64,000 nucleotides of DNA, from NCBI GenBank assembly GCA_964655855.1, contig CAZZPE010000004.1, positions 18,808 to 82,807 of the forward strand, written 5' to 3'. A model generated the notes under the pieces. The model ran no database searches, had not been told where the DNA came from, and saw only the letters and a program-made list of their open reading frames with translations. This DNA is from an uncultured Bifidobacteriaceae bacterium. Lineage in GTDB: Bacteria; Verrucomicrobiota; Verrucomicrobiia; Limisphaerales; UBA11358. Both the position numbers and the translations under genes were made by a program. Below are positions 47,281-55,691 of the stretch, one piece after another; the first letter of the stretch is position 1, and every line of letters starts with the position of its first letter.

Positions 47281-49254
47281 ATGGATTTTTTCCAGCAACA
47301 GGATAAGGCGCGCAAAAAGACCAGGCTCCTCGTTTTCTATTTCGCCATCGCCGTGGCGGCGCTCATCGTTGCCGTTTATTTTGCCTCGCTGGTCATTTTT
47401 TCCGGCGTCCAGTCGCAACAACATCATAATTTCGGCGAGCAGCCGCAGTTCGAGCTTTGGAATCCGCAACTGTTCCTCGGCGTCGCCCTCGGCGTGCTGG
47501 CCGTCGTTCTCATTGGCAGCACCTACAAAACCCTGGCGCTCGCCCAGGGCGGCAGCGTGGTTTCCGAAATGATGGGCGGACGGCCCATCGCCCCGAACTC
47601 GAACGACCCCGACGAGCGCAAGCTGCTGAACGTTGTCGAGGAAATGGCCATCGCCTCCGGCGTGCCCATGCCGCAGGTCTATGTCATGGACGAGGAGGAC
47701 GGCATCAACGCCTTCGCCGCCGGCCACAAGCCCGGCGATGCCACCATCACCGTCACGCGCGGCTGCATGAAAATTCTGTCGCGCGACGAATTGCAGGGCG
47801 TCATCGGCCACGAATTCAGCCACATTTTGAACGGCGACATGCGGATGAATCTCCGGCTCATGGGAATCATTTTTGGGATTCTCTGCCTGGCCATCATCGG
47901 CCGCGTTCTCCTGCAAACGGGGCGCGGCGGTGGGCGCGGGCGCGGCCAAAATCCGCTGCCAATACTCGGCCTCGTGCTGCTGATTGTCGGCTACATCGGC
48001 GTTTTTTTTGGGCGGCTCATCCAAGCCGCCGTCAGCCGCCAGCGCGAATTTCTCGCCGATGCCTCGTCCGTCCAGTTCACGCGCAATCCCGGCGGCATCA
48101 CCGGGGCGCTGAAAAAAATCGGCGGCTTGGGCGAAACCGGCTCGCGGATCAGCCACGCGCACGCCGAGGAGTTGTCGCATATGTTTTTTGGCAACGGCGT
48201 CAGCGAACCGTTCATCGGCCTGCTCGAAACTCATCCGCCGCTCCCGGAACGCATCCGCGTCTTCGATCCGAATTTTGACGGGCAATTTCCTCCGGTTCGT
48301 TACGACGAATTCGACCGGTCGTCTAAAGAAGTTTCCAAACCCAGACGGCAGCAGATGCCGAACATTTTCGGCGGCGTGCTTGGCGGCGCCATTCTCACAT
48401 CGGGTGACGGGACACAACCTCCGGTCATCCGCTCGCATTCCGTCCTGCCGAATCTGGGCAAACCCACGCCGCTGCATCTCGAATACGCCGAGCAAATGCG
48501 AAATTCACTGCCCGACAGCGTGAAGGCCGCCGCGCGCGAGCCGCTCGACGCCGTCGCGCTGATTTACGCGATGCTGTTGAGCAACGACGAAACCGGGCGC
48601 GCCACCCAGCTTGCCGGACTCGCCCAGCGCGCCGATCCGGCGATTGCGAAAAAAACCGCCGCGCTGTTCCCGGATGTTTCCCAGGCCGCCGCGCACGCAC
48701 ATCTGCCGATGGTCAATCTCGCGCTCGGAACGCTCCGGCATTTGACGGCGGAGCAGTTCAACCAGTTTTCGCAGACGCTGGAATGGCTCATTGGCAGCGA
48801 CGGCAAGATTGAATTGTTTGAATTTGTCCTCCAAAAAATCATCCTGCACCACCTCGCGCCACAATTCGGCCAGGCGTCGCGCACGACGGTGCAGTATTAT
48901 TCCATCAAACCGCTGGTGCCGGATTGCACGGTTTTGATTTCGGCGCTGGCAAACGTCAGCAGCGCCGACGCCGGCGAAATCCAAAAGGCATTTGAAGCCG
49001 GCGCACCGTATTTGCGCGCGCCGGACGATGGCGGATTGAATTTGTCCCCGCGCGACCAATGCGGCGTGGACCAGATTGACGCCGCGCTCAACCGGCTGGC
49101 GCAGGCCGCTCCGCAAATCAAGAAAAATCTGCTCGAAGCCTGCATCCACACCGTCGGCGCGGACGGCGTGATTTTGGAAGCGGAGGCCGAACTGCTGCGC
49201 GCCATCGCCGACACGCTGGACTGCCCGATGCCGCCGTTCATCCAGACGGAATAG
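47281..49254 (+). CDS. M48 (HtpX-like) membrane metallopeptidase with C-terminal extension
   Basis: INAFAAG, HEFSHILNGD (HExxH), SRQREFLADA, THPPL.ERI; follows lemA. Confidence 0.9.
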   Translation: MDFFQQQDKARKKTRLLVFYFAIAVAALIVAVYFASLVIFSGVQSQQHHNFGEQPQFELWNPQLFLGVALGVLAVVLIGSTYKTLALAQGGSVVSEMMGGRPIAPNSNDPDERKLLNVVEEMAIASGVPMPQVYVMDEEDGINAFAAGHKPGDATITVTRGCMKILSRDELQGVIGHEFSHILNGDMRMNLRLMGIIFGILCLAIIGRVLLQTGRGGGRGRGQNPLPILGLVLLIVGYIGVFFGRLIQAAVSRQREFLADASSVQFTRNPGGITGALKKIGGLGETGSRISHAHAEELSHMFFGNGVSEPFIGLLETHPPLPERIRVFDPNFDGQFPPVRYDEFDRSSKEVSKPRRQQMPNIFGGVLGGAILTSGDGTQPPVIRSHSVLPNLGKPTPLHLEYAEQMRNSLPDSVKAAAREPLDAVALIYAMLLSNDETGRATQLAGLAQRADPAIAKKTAALFPDVSQAAAHAHLPMVNLALGTLRHLTAEQFNQFSQTLEWLIGSDGKIELFEFVLQKIILHHLAPQFGQASRTTVQYYSIKPLVPDCTVLISALANVSSADAGEIQKAFEAGAPYLRAPDDGGLNLSPRDQCGVDQIDAALNRLAQAAPQIKKNLLEACIHTVGADGVILEAEAELLRAIADTLDCPMPPFIQTE

Positions 49255-49277
49255 GAAACGCGGGTTGCGGGAACAAA

Positions 49278-50552
49278 TCACTCAAACCGCACGGGCTGCC
49301 CGGTGGTGGCCAGCGCCGCGTGCCAGAGCGGGCCGTCCGGATCCACGCGCTTCTGCCGTTTTGTCAGCATTCTGACCGGCACATGGATGAACTGGTCGTG
49401 GAGCAGCCCGATCATCAGGCCGGTTTTTCCGGCCATCGCGGCATGGACGGCGTTGCGGGCGTATTGGTCGCACAGGATGGCATCCTCCGAATCGGCGCGG
49501 ACGCTCCGGATGATGTAGCTTGGCTCCAGATAACGCATCACCATGGGAATCTTTTCCGCGCGGAAATAAGACTCGATTTTTTCACGGAGAAACGGCCCGA
49601 TGTCCTTGAGCCTGACGTTTCCCGAGGCGTCGCGTTCCTCGCCGTTGTTCTCCAGCAGATCCTGCCCGGCGCCTTCCGCCACCACGATGACCGCGTGCGC
49701 CCGCTTCAACGTGCGCTTCTTCAGCGCGTTAAGAAATCCGCCGGGGCCTTCCAGCTTGAACGGGATTTCCGGAATCAGGCAGAAATTCACCTCCTGGCTG
49801 GACACCGTGGCTTCCGTGGCGATGAATCCGGCATGCCGGCCCATCAGCTTGACCAGGGCGATGCCGTTCCGGACGCTGTGGACTTCCGTGTGGGCGCAGA
49901 CAATGACCCGGGCCGCTTCCTGCACCGCGGTCTGGTAGCCGAAAGTGCGCGAAACGTAAAGCACATCGTTGTCCACGGTCTTGGGAATGCCCACGACTGC
50001 CAGGGCGTGTCCGCGTCTTTGCGCCTCGCGGAAAAGTTCATAGCCGCCGCGCTGCGTGCCGTCGCCGCCGACGACCAGCAGGATGCTGACGCCGCGTTTG
50101 ATGAGATTATCCACCGCGACCCGGATGTCCACCGGACCGCGCGAAGTGCCCAGCACCGTGCCGCCTTCCTGGTGAATGTCGTCCACAAAATCGGCCGTGA
50201 GCTGGAGCGGTTCCAGTCCGTGCGAGGGGTCAAGCCCCTGATAGCCGTCGCGGAAGCCCAGCACCTGTTTCACGCCGTAAGTGTGGTGCAGTTCCAGAAA
50301 GGCGGAGCGGATGACGGTGTTCAGGCCGGGACAAAGCCCGCCGCAGGTCACGATGCCAACCCGGGTTTTTCTGGAATCAAAAAAAAGTTTCGCGCGCGGT
50401 CCGGCTAGCTCGAATAGAAAATCCTCCGGCGGCCGGACGCCGGGTTTCCGGATGATGTTCAGCGGCAGCCGCGCGTCATCGCCGACATGGTGCGGAATCG
50501 GCGACGCGAAGCGGGCCTTGCCAAGCCGGGTGATGTTTGCGGCATTATTCAC
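49278..50552 (-). CDS. pfkA: ATP-dependent 6-phosphofructokinase (group II type)
   Basis: TCGGLCPGLN, GGTVLGTSRG, GGDGT (Gly indicates ATP), PKTVDND, MGRHAG. Confidence 0.9.
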   Translation of the reverse strand: MNNAANITRLGKARFASPIPHHVGDDARLPLNIIRKPGVRPPEDFLFELAGPRAKLFFDSRKTRVGIVTCGGLCPGLNTVIRSAFLELHHTYGVKQVLGFRDGYQGLDPSHGLEPLQLTADFVDDIHQEGGTVLGTSRGPVDIRVAVDNLIKRGVSILLVVGGDGTQRGGYELFREAQRRGHALAVVGIPKTVDNDVLYVSRTFGYQTAVQEAARVIVCAHTEVHSVRNGIALVKLMGRHAGFIATEATVSSQEVNFCLIPEIPFKLEGPGGFLNALKKRTLKRAHAVIVVAEGAGQDLLENNGEERDASGNVRLKDIGPFLREKIESYFRAEKIPMVMRYLEPSYIIRSVRADSEDAILCDQYARNAVHAAMAGKTGLMIGLLHDQFIHVPVRMLTKRQKRVDPDGPLWHAALATTGQPVRFE

Positions 50553-53034
50553 GCACGACCGCTTTCAACTGGGCCTTGAACGCCTCCACAATTTTCCCGT
50601 GCACCGCGCCCACTTCGGCGTCGGTCAGTGTTTTTTCCGGCGAGCGGTAGGTGAACGCGTAAGCCAGGCTCTTCTGCCCTTCCGGCACGTGCTTGCCGTG
50701 AAACACGTCAAACAGCTCCACTGCCTCAAGATTCGCGGGCCTGGTTTTTTTGACGGCCTGCAAAACCGCCTCGTGCGTCGTCGCCTCCGGCACCAGCATC
50801 GCCACGTCGCGGCGGATGGACGGGAATTGCGGCAGCGGCTTGAACGACCGGGCCGGATTGCGCCGCGCGAGCAGTTGATCCAGATTCAGCTCGGCGAGAA
50901 AAACCGCGCCGCGCAAATCATATTTTTTCACCAGCGCGGGTGAAAGCCGGCCCATTTCGCCGAGCGGCAATTTGCCCCCCAGCGCAACCGTCGCGGATTC
51001 CAGAAACATCGCCGTGCTTTCGGCCCGCCGGGCGAACGCCACTCCGCGAACACCGAAATGTTCGAGAAATTCCTCGACCACCCCTTTCAGGTCAAACGCG
51101 TCAAACGTGGCGTTGCGCTCCTCGCCGCTCCAGAAGGGCAAGGCGCGCTGGCCGGTGATGGCGACGGCCACGCGGCGTTCTTCCTTCACCGCGCCGTTTT
51201 GCAAACTGAACACGCGCCCGATTTCGAACAGCGCCACGTCGCCATTTTTCCGGCTGACATTGTGCCGCAGCGAATGAATCAATCCCGGCAGCAAACTCGG
51301 CCGGAGCACGTCCATGTCGCTGCTCAACGGATTGGCCAACATCACGGATTCCGCATTCCGCATTCCGAACTCCGCGCTGGAAATGAGCGTCTGCCCCTGC
51401 GCCTCGTTCAAGCCGAGTCCGGTGAGGATGCGGCGCGCCTCGGCAATCTGGTCATAAACTGAATCAAAGGCGTTCGAGCCGATCGCGCCGCGCGGCGGCG
51501 TGGCGGGGATTTTCTCCACGCCGTAAAGCCGTTCGACATCCTCGATCAAATCCACCGCGCGCTTCAAATCCACCCGCCACGACGGAATCTTGAACGTGCA
51601 GACGCCGGGCGACTGCTCGGTCACCGCCAGCCCCAGCTTGGTGAGAAACGAAACCTGATCCGAATGTGAAATGCCGACGCCCAGCAAATCCTTCGACTTT
51701 GAAAAATGCAGGGTGATCTGCTTCGGCTCGGCGGGCTTCGGATAAACGTCCACCACGCCTTCGGCCAGCCGGCCACCGGCGGTTTCCAAAATCAACTGCG
51801 CCGCGCGCCGGCTCGCCCAGTCGCAAATATTCACGTCCGCACCGCGCTCGTAGCGGTAGCTGGCGTCGGTGCGCAGGCCCAGCAGCTTGCTCGTGCGGCG
51901 GATGTTCGTCGGCTTGAAATACGCGCTCTCGATGAGCACGTCCACGGTCGAGTTGTTGATCTCCGTGTTCGCGCCGCCCATGACGCCGGCAAGGGCGATG
52001 CCTTTGGTTTCGTCCGCGATCAAAAGCATTTCGCTCGTGAGCGTGCGCTCCTGATTGTCGAGCGTCTTGAATTTTTCCCAGGCGGCGGCGCGACGGACGA
52101 CGATCGTTGGAATGTGGTAGCCGACGTCAGTCGGCTCTGATTTGATTTGAGCGGACTCACGTCCGCTGCCACGAGAGATCAAATGATAATCAAACGCGTG
52201 GAGCGGCTGGCCGATTTCCAGCATGACGTAATTCGTCACGTCCACGACGTTGCTGATGCTGCGGATGCCGACTTTTTCCAGCGCCGAGCGCAGCCAGTCG
52301 GGGCTTGGCCCGATTTTCACGCCTTTGATGACGCGCGCGGTGTAACGCGGACAAAGCTCCGAGTCTTCAATTTTTACCGAAACCAAGTCAGTCGTTTTTC
52401 CGCCGATGGAAACGAGTTTGATTTCTGGAACTTTCAATGCATTCCCGGTGACCGCCGCGATTTCACGCGCGATGCCGATGACGCTGTTCAAATCCGGCCG
52501 GTTCGGCGTGACTTCCAAATCATAGACCACGTCGCCGCCGCTGCGGCCGAGATATTCGCCAAACGGCTGACCGACCTTCGCGTCTTCGCGCAAAATGAGC
52601 AGACCATCTTCCTTTTTGTGGCCGATCGCTTCGGGATCAATGAGCAATTCTTCATGCGAGCACATCATGCCGTGCGATTCCACGCCGCGGATTTTGCCGA
52701 CCTTGATGGTGAACGGTTCCTTGTCGCCGGCCTTCAACGGCAGCGACGCGCCGGGCAGGATGAGCGGCACTTTGTCGCCGGCCTTGAAATTCTGCGCGCC
52801 GCAGACGATCTGCCGTTCGCCCGTGCCGTCGTTGACGCGGCAGACGGAGAGTTTGTCGGCGTTGGGGTGCTTGTCGCGCGTGACGACCTGCGCCACGACG
52901 ATGCCGTCGAACGCGGCGGCGATCTTCTGCACGCCCTCGACTTCGAGGCCGAGCATAGTGAGCCGCTCGGTCAACTCCTCGGGCGACCAGTTGAAATCAA
53001 CGTATTGTTTGAGCCAGTTGAGAGTTACTTTCAT
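50545..53034 (-). CDS. pheT: Phenylalanine-tRNA ligase beta subunit
   Basis: MKVTLNWL, HPNADKL, TPNRPD, GQPLHAFD, DLIEDVERL, FDX-ACB C-terminus. Confidence 0.97.
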   Translation of the reverse strand: MKVTLNWLKQYVDFNWSPEELTERLTMLGLEVEGVQKIAAAFDGIVVAQVVTRDKHPNADKLSVCRVNDGTGERQIVCGAQNFKAGDKVPLILPGASLPLKAGDKEPFTIKVGKIRGVESHGMMCSHEELLIDPEAIGHKKEDGLLILREDAKVGQPFGEYLGRSGGDVVYDLEVTPNRPDLNSVIGIAREIAAVTGNALKVPEIKLVSIGGKTTDLVSVKIEDSELCPRYTARVIKGVKIGPSPDWLRSALEKVGIRSISNVVDVTNYVMLEIGQPLHAFDYHLISRGSGRESAQIKSEPTDVGYHIPTIVVRRAAAWEKFKTLDNQERTLTSEMLLIADETKGIALAGVMGGANTEINNSTVDVLIESAYFKPTNIRRTSKLLGLRTDASYRYERGADVNICDWASRRAAQLILETAGGRLAEGVVDVYPKPAEPKQITLHFSKSKDLLGVGISHSDQVSFLTKLGLAVTEQSPGVCTFKIPSWRVDLKRAVDLIEDVERLYGVEKIPATPPRGAIGSNAFDSVYDQIAEARRILTGLGLNEAQGQTLISSAEFGMRNAESVMLANPLSSDMDVLRPSLLPGLIHSLRHNVSRKNGDVALFEIGRVFSLQNGAVKEERRVAVAITGQRALPFWSGEERNATFDAFDLKGVVEEFLEHFGVRGVAFARRAESTAMFLESATVALGGKLPLGEMGRLSPALVKKYDLRGAVFLAELNLDQLLARRNPARSFKPLPQFPSIRRDVAMLVPEATTHEAVLQAVKKTRPANLEAVELFDVFHGKHVPEGQKSLAYAFTYRSPEKTLTDAEVGAVHGKIVEAFKAQLKAVVRE
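51349..51376. repeat. Four-unit heptamer array (YTCCGCA) in pheT
   Basis: TTCCGCA TTCCGCA TTCCGAA CTCCGCG; encodes AEFGMRNAE. Confidence 0.85.
52114..52172. repeat. Family-A REP-like doublet in pheT
   Basis: GTGGTAGCCGACGTCAGTCGGCTC and GAGCGGACTCACGTCCGCTGCCAC. Confidence 0.9.
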
Positions 53035-53051
53035 TTGCCGGAATGGTTTTA

Positions 53052-53070
53052 GCCACAGATGGACACAGAT
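53052..53070. repeat. Solo repeat arm between pheS and pheT
   Basis: GCCACAGATGGACACAGAT; resembles the arm at 41043. Confidence 0.5.
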
Positions 53071-53076
53071 GTCGGA

Positions 53077-54129
53077 TTAAAATTGTTTCAAGAACCGCAC
53101 GTCGTTTTCGTAAAAGAGGCGGATGTCGTTGATGCCGTAGCGGAGCATGGCGATGCGTTCGATGCCGAAGCCGAACGCCCAGCCGGTCCACACTTCGGGA
53201 TCGTAGCCGACGGTCTCGAACACCTGCGGATGCACCATGCCGCAGCCGGCGATCTCCAGCCAGTCCTTGCCCATTTTCTTGACCATCGCGTTGGTGAAAT
53301 CAATCTCGTAGCTCGGCTCGGTGTAGCTGAAATAATGCGGTCGGAAACGGATCTTCACGTCGTCGCCCATGAGTTCGCGGAAGACGAATTCCACCGTGCC
53401 CTTGAGGTCGCCCACGGTGACGTTCTGGTCCACGTAAAGCCCCTCGATCTGGTGGAACGTGGGATTGTGCGTGGCATCGGCGTTATCGCGGCGATAGACG
53501 CGGCCTGGCACGATAATGCGCACGGGCGGCGCTTGTTTTTCCATCACGCGGATTTGGACGGACGAGGTGTGCGTGCGGAGCAAAAATTGTGGGACAGGCA
53601 TCTTGCCTGTCTCCGATTTGTTTTCTGACAGGCTGGAAGCCTGTCCCACTAAATAAAATGTGTCCTGCGAATCGCGCGCCGGGTGATCTGCCGGCGTGTT
53701 CAGCGCGTCGAAACAATGATACTCGTCCTCGATTTCCGGGCCGTCCGCGACGGCAAAGCCAATTTTTCTAAATGCACGAACAATGTCGTCCGTCACCTGC
53801 GTGAGCGGATGCAATTTGCCGAGCGCGCGGCGGCGTCCGGGCAGCGTGAAATCCGTCGGCTCTTTCGGCAGCGCGGCTTTGAGTTCCAATTCTTCGCGGC
53901 GCGCGGCGAGCGCAGCTTCGAGTTCCACCTTGGCGGCGTTGATGAGTTTGCCGGCGGCGGGCTTTTCCTCTTTCGAGAGCGTGCCGAGCTGTTTCATCAG
54001 CGCGGTGAACTTGCCGTTCGGGCCGGTCCACGCGCCCTTGATTTGTTCCAGCGCGGCGAGGTCGGACGCATTTTTCAACTCGGTCAGCGCGGCCTGTTTC
54101 AGCGGCTCTATGTCATTCAGGAGTCCCAT
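53077..54129 (-). CDS. pheS: Phenylalanine-tRNA ligase alpha subunit
   Basis: HPLTQ, FDALN.P.DHPAR..QDTFY, LRTHTS, FRPHYFSYTEPS, GWAFGFGIER. Confidence 0.97.
   Translation of the reverse strand: MGLLNDIEPLKQAALTELKNASDLAALEQIKGAWTGPNGKFTALMKQLGTLSKEEKPAAGKLINAAKVELEAALAARREELELKAALPKEPTDFTLPGRRRALGKLHPLTQVTDDIVRAFRKIGFAVADGPEIEDEYHCFDALNTPADHPARDSQDTFYLVGQASSLSENKSETGKMPVPQFLLRTHTSSVQIRVMEKQAPPVRIIVPGRVYRRDNADATHNPTFHQIEGLYVDQNVTVGDLKGTVEFVFRELMGDDVKIRFRPHYFSYTEPSYEIDFTNAMVKKMGKDWLEIAGCGMVHPQVFETVGYDPEVWTGWAFGFGIERIAMLRYGINDIRLFYENDVRFLKQF
53589..53649. repeat. GTGG-type REP-like doublet (family C) in pheS
   Basis: GTGGGACAGGCATCTTGCCTGTC and GACAGGCTGGAAGCCTGTCCCAC; each has an 8-bp stem and the termini are inverted. 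Confidence 0.9.
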
Positions 54130-54240
54130 AAAATATGGATGGAGGATAAACGATGGCGGACGGAAGAAAAGAAAAACGGGCGGACCGTTGCCGGCCGCCC
54201 GTCAGTTGAACTTCAAATTAAAGCTGAAGGTTTGAAATTT

Positions 54241-54624
54241 TCAGGCCTTGGCCAGTGTGGCACCGGGCTTGGCTTTCAGCGCGGTTTTGGCGAGCGTCAC
54301 CAGTTCGGCAAACGCGGCGGCGTCGGTGGCGGCGAGGTCGGCGACGACCTTGCGGTCGAGCGCGCATTTGGCGGCTTTCAAGCCTTCCATGAACCGGCTG
54401 TAGGTGATGCCGGCGGCGCGGGCGGCCGCATTGATGCGGATCTGCCAGAGATAGCGGTAATTGCGCTTCTTGGTGCGGCGGTCGCGGTAGGCATAAACCC
54501 GGCCGTGATCCACGGCATCGGAGGCGTAGCGATAAAGTTTGGAGCGCTTGAGGCGGTAGCCCTTGGCGGCGGTGAGCATTCTCCCGCGGCGTTTGCGGGA
54601 AGCTGGGGAATTGGTGACTCGCAT
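54241..54624 (-). CDS. rplT: 50S ribosomal protein L20
   Basis: AKGY, YAYRDRR.KKR..R.LW..RINAAAR, LDRKV.ADLA. Confidence 0.97.
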   Translation of the reverse strand: MRVTNSPASRKRRGRMLTAAKGYRLKRSKLYRYASDAVDHGRVYAYRDRRTKKRNYRYLWQIRINAAARAAGITYSRFMEGLKAAKCALDRKVVADLAATDAAAFAELVTLAKTALKAKPGATLAKA

Positions 54625-54654
54625 AAGATTTTAGAGCGTTGGATTTTGTGGCAA

Positions 54655-54870
54655 TCAACCGCGATGGCTGAAGGGCAGGCTTTGCGTGATGCGGTAGACA
54701 TCCGTCTTGTCCACCACGGCGACCTTGCCGAGACGGCGGAGGCGTTTGGCGTTTTTGGATTGAGCCAGATGGCGGCGGCCGGCGCGATGGCGCAGGACCT
54801 TGCCGGTGGCGGTGATCTTAAACCGCTTGGATGCGGATTTATTCGTTTTGATGCCTTTGGGACGTCGCAT
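54655..54870 (-). CDS. rpmI: 50S ribosomal protein L35
   Basis: IKTNKSASKRFKITATGKV..RRH..K.AKR.RRL; upstream of rplT. Confidence 0.95.
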   Translation of the reverse strand: MRRPKGIKTNKSASKRFKITATGKVLRHRAGRRHLAQSKNAKRLRRLGKVAVVDKTDVYRITQSLPFSHRG

Positions 54871-54967
54871 AAATTCAATTCAATTGCAAAAGAGCGTGGA
54901 ATCTATGTCATTCCACGCTTCAAGGCAAGCGTGATTTTTCCAGTTGTGGCTCGCGCCTTTGAAACCG

Positions 54968-55636
54968 CTACGGAGCGTTGGTGTTCGACAGCGATGGCAC
55001 GGGCAAAATCGCCGGTGCCGAACCGGTGGGCGTCATGTCAATCGGCGCACCGGCGTTGAGTTGCTGAAGCACGGTCGCGGTCAAATCAATCTCGCTGGCG
55101 CTGTAAATGACGGCGGAAGGCACGCTGATGCTGGCCGAGCCGAGGTTGATGCCCTGGGCGGCGGTGTTGAGAACGACGGTGTAACCGCCGGCCTTGGCGG
55201 CGGCATTGACGTGCTCCTGGATGTCGGCCATGATCTTTTCACTCATCCGCTGGTGCTTCTCCTTCAGCGTGGCCTGCGCCTGACGCTCATACTGGTCAAT
55301 GGCCGAACGACGCTCATCCAGCTGCTTTAATTTGTCGGCGGCGGCCTGTTTGCGCCGGTCGCGCTCGTCGGCGGAAATGGTCTGATCATTCGCCTGCGTC
55401 AGGAGCTGCTGATACTCGTCGCTGGCCTTCTTCAAATCATCCTTCATGCTCTTGTCGTCCTTGTCGAGCTGGGCGACGTTGTCCTGAATGGCCACCTGGG
55501 CCTGCTTGGTCTTCCAGTAATTATCGAAAAGCTTCCCCACGTCCACGGTGGCGATCTTGGTTTGCGCGAGGGCGGAGCCGCTCAAAAAAGTCAGCAGCAG
55601 GACCGCCGGAAACATGGTTCGTAAAATACGCTTCAT
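54968..55636 (-). CDS. skp: OmpH/Skp periplasmic chaperone
   Basis: Signal peptide, KIATVDV..LF, coiled coil, YTVVL..DLT..VL..LN. Confidence 0.88.
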   Translation of the reverse strand: MKRILRTMFPAVLLLTFLSGSALAQTKIATVDVGKLFDNYWKTKQAQVAIQDNVAQLDKDDKSMKDDLKKASDEYQQLLTQANDQTISADERDRRKQAAADKLKQLDERRSAIDQYERQAQATLKEKHQRMSEKIMADIQEHVNAAAKAGGYTVVLNTAAQGINLGSASISVPSAVIYSASEIDLTATVLQQLNAGAPIDMTPTGSAPAILPVPSLSNTNAP

Positions 55637-55691
55637 CAGAAAATGAAAGCAGAATTTGCCCGCCAAGCCAAATCAAAACTCGCGCGCGGCG

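Noticed and set aside
1352-53649. Palindromic repeats considered as a CRISPR array or integron attC sites
   Set aside because: They are dispersed rather than regularly spaced, lack RYYYAAC/GTTRRRY ends, and there are no cas or intI genes.
54130-54243. Degenerate heptamer-like tracts between pheS and rplT; AT-rich tract at 44570-44610
   Set aside because: Probably decayed members of the repeat families but too degenerate to delimit reliably.
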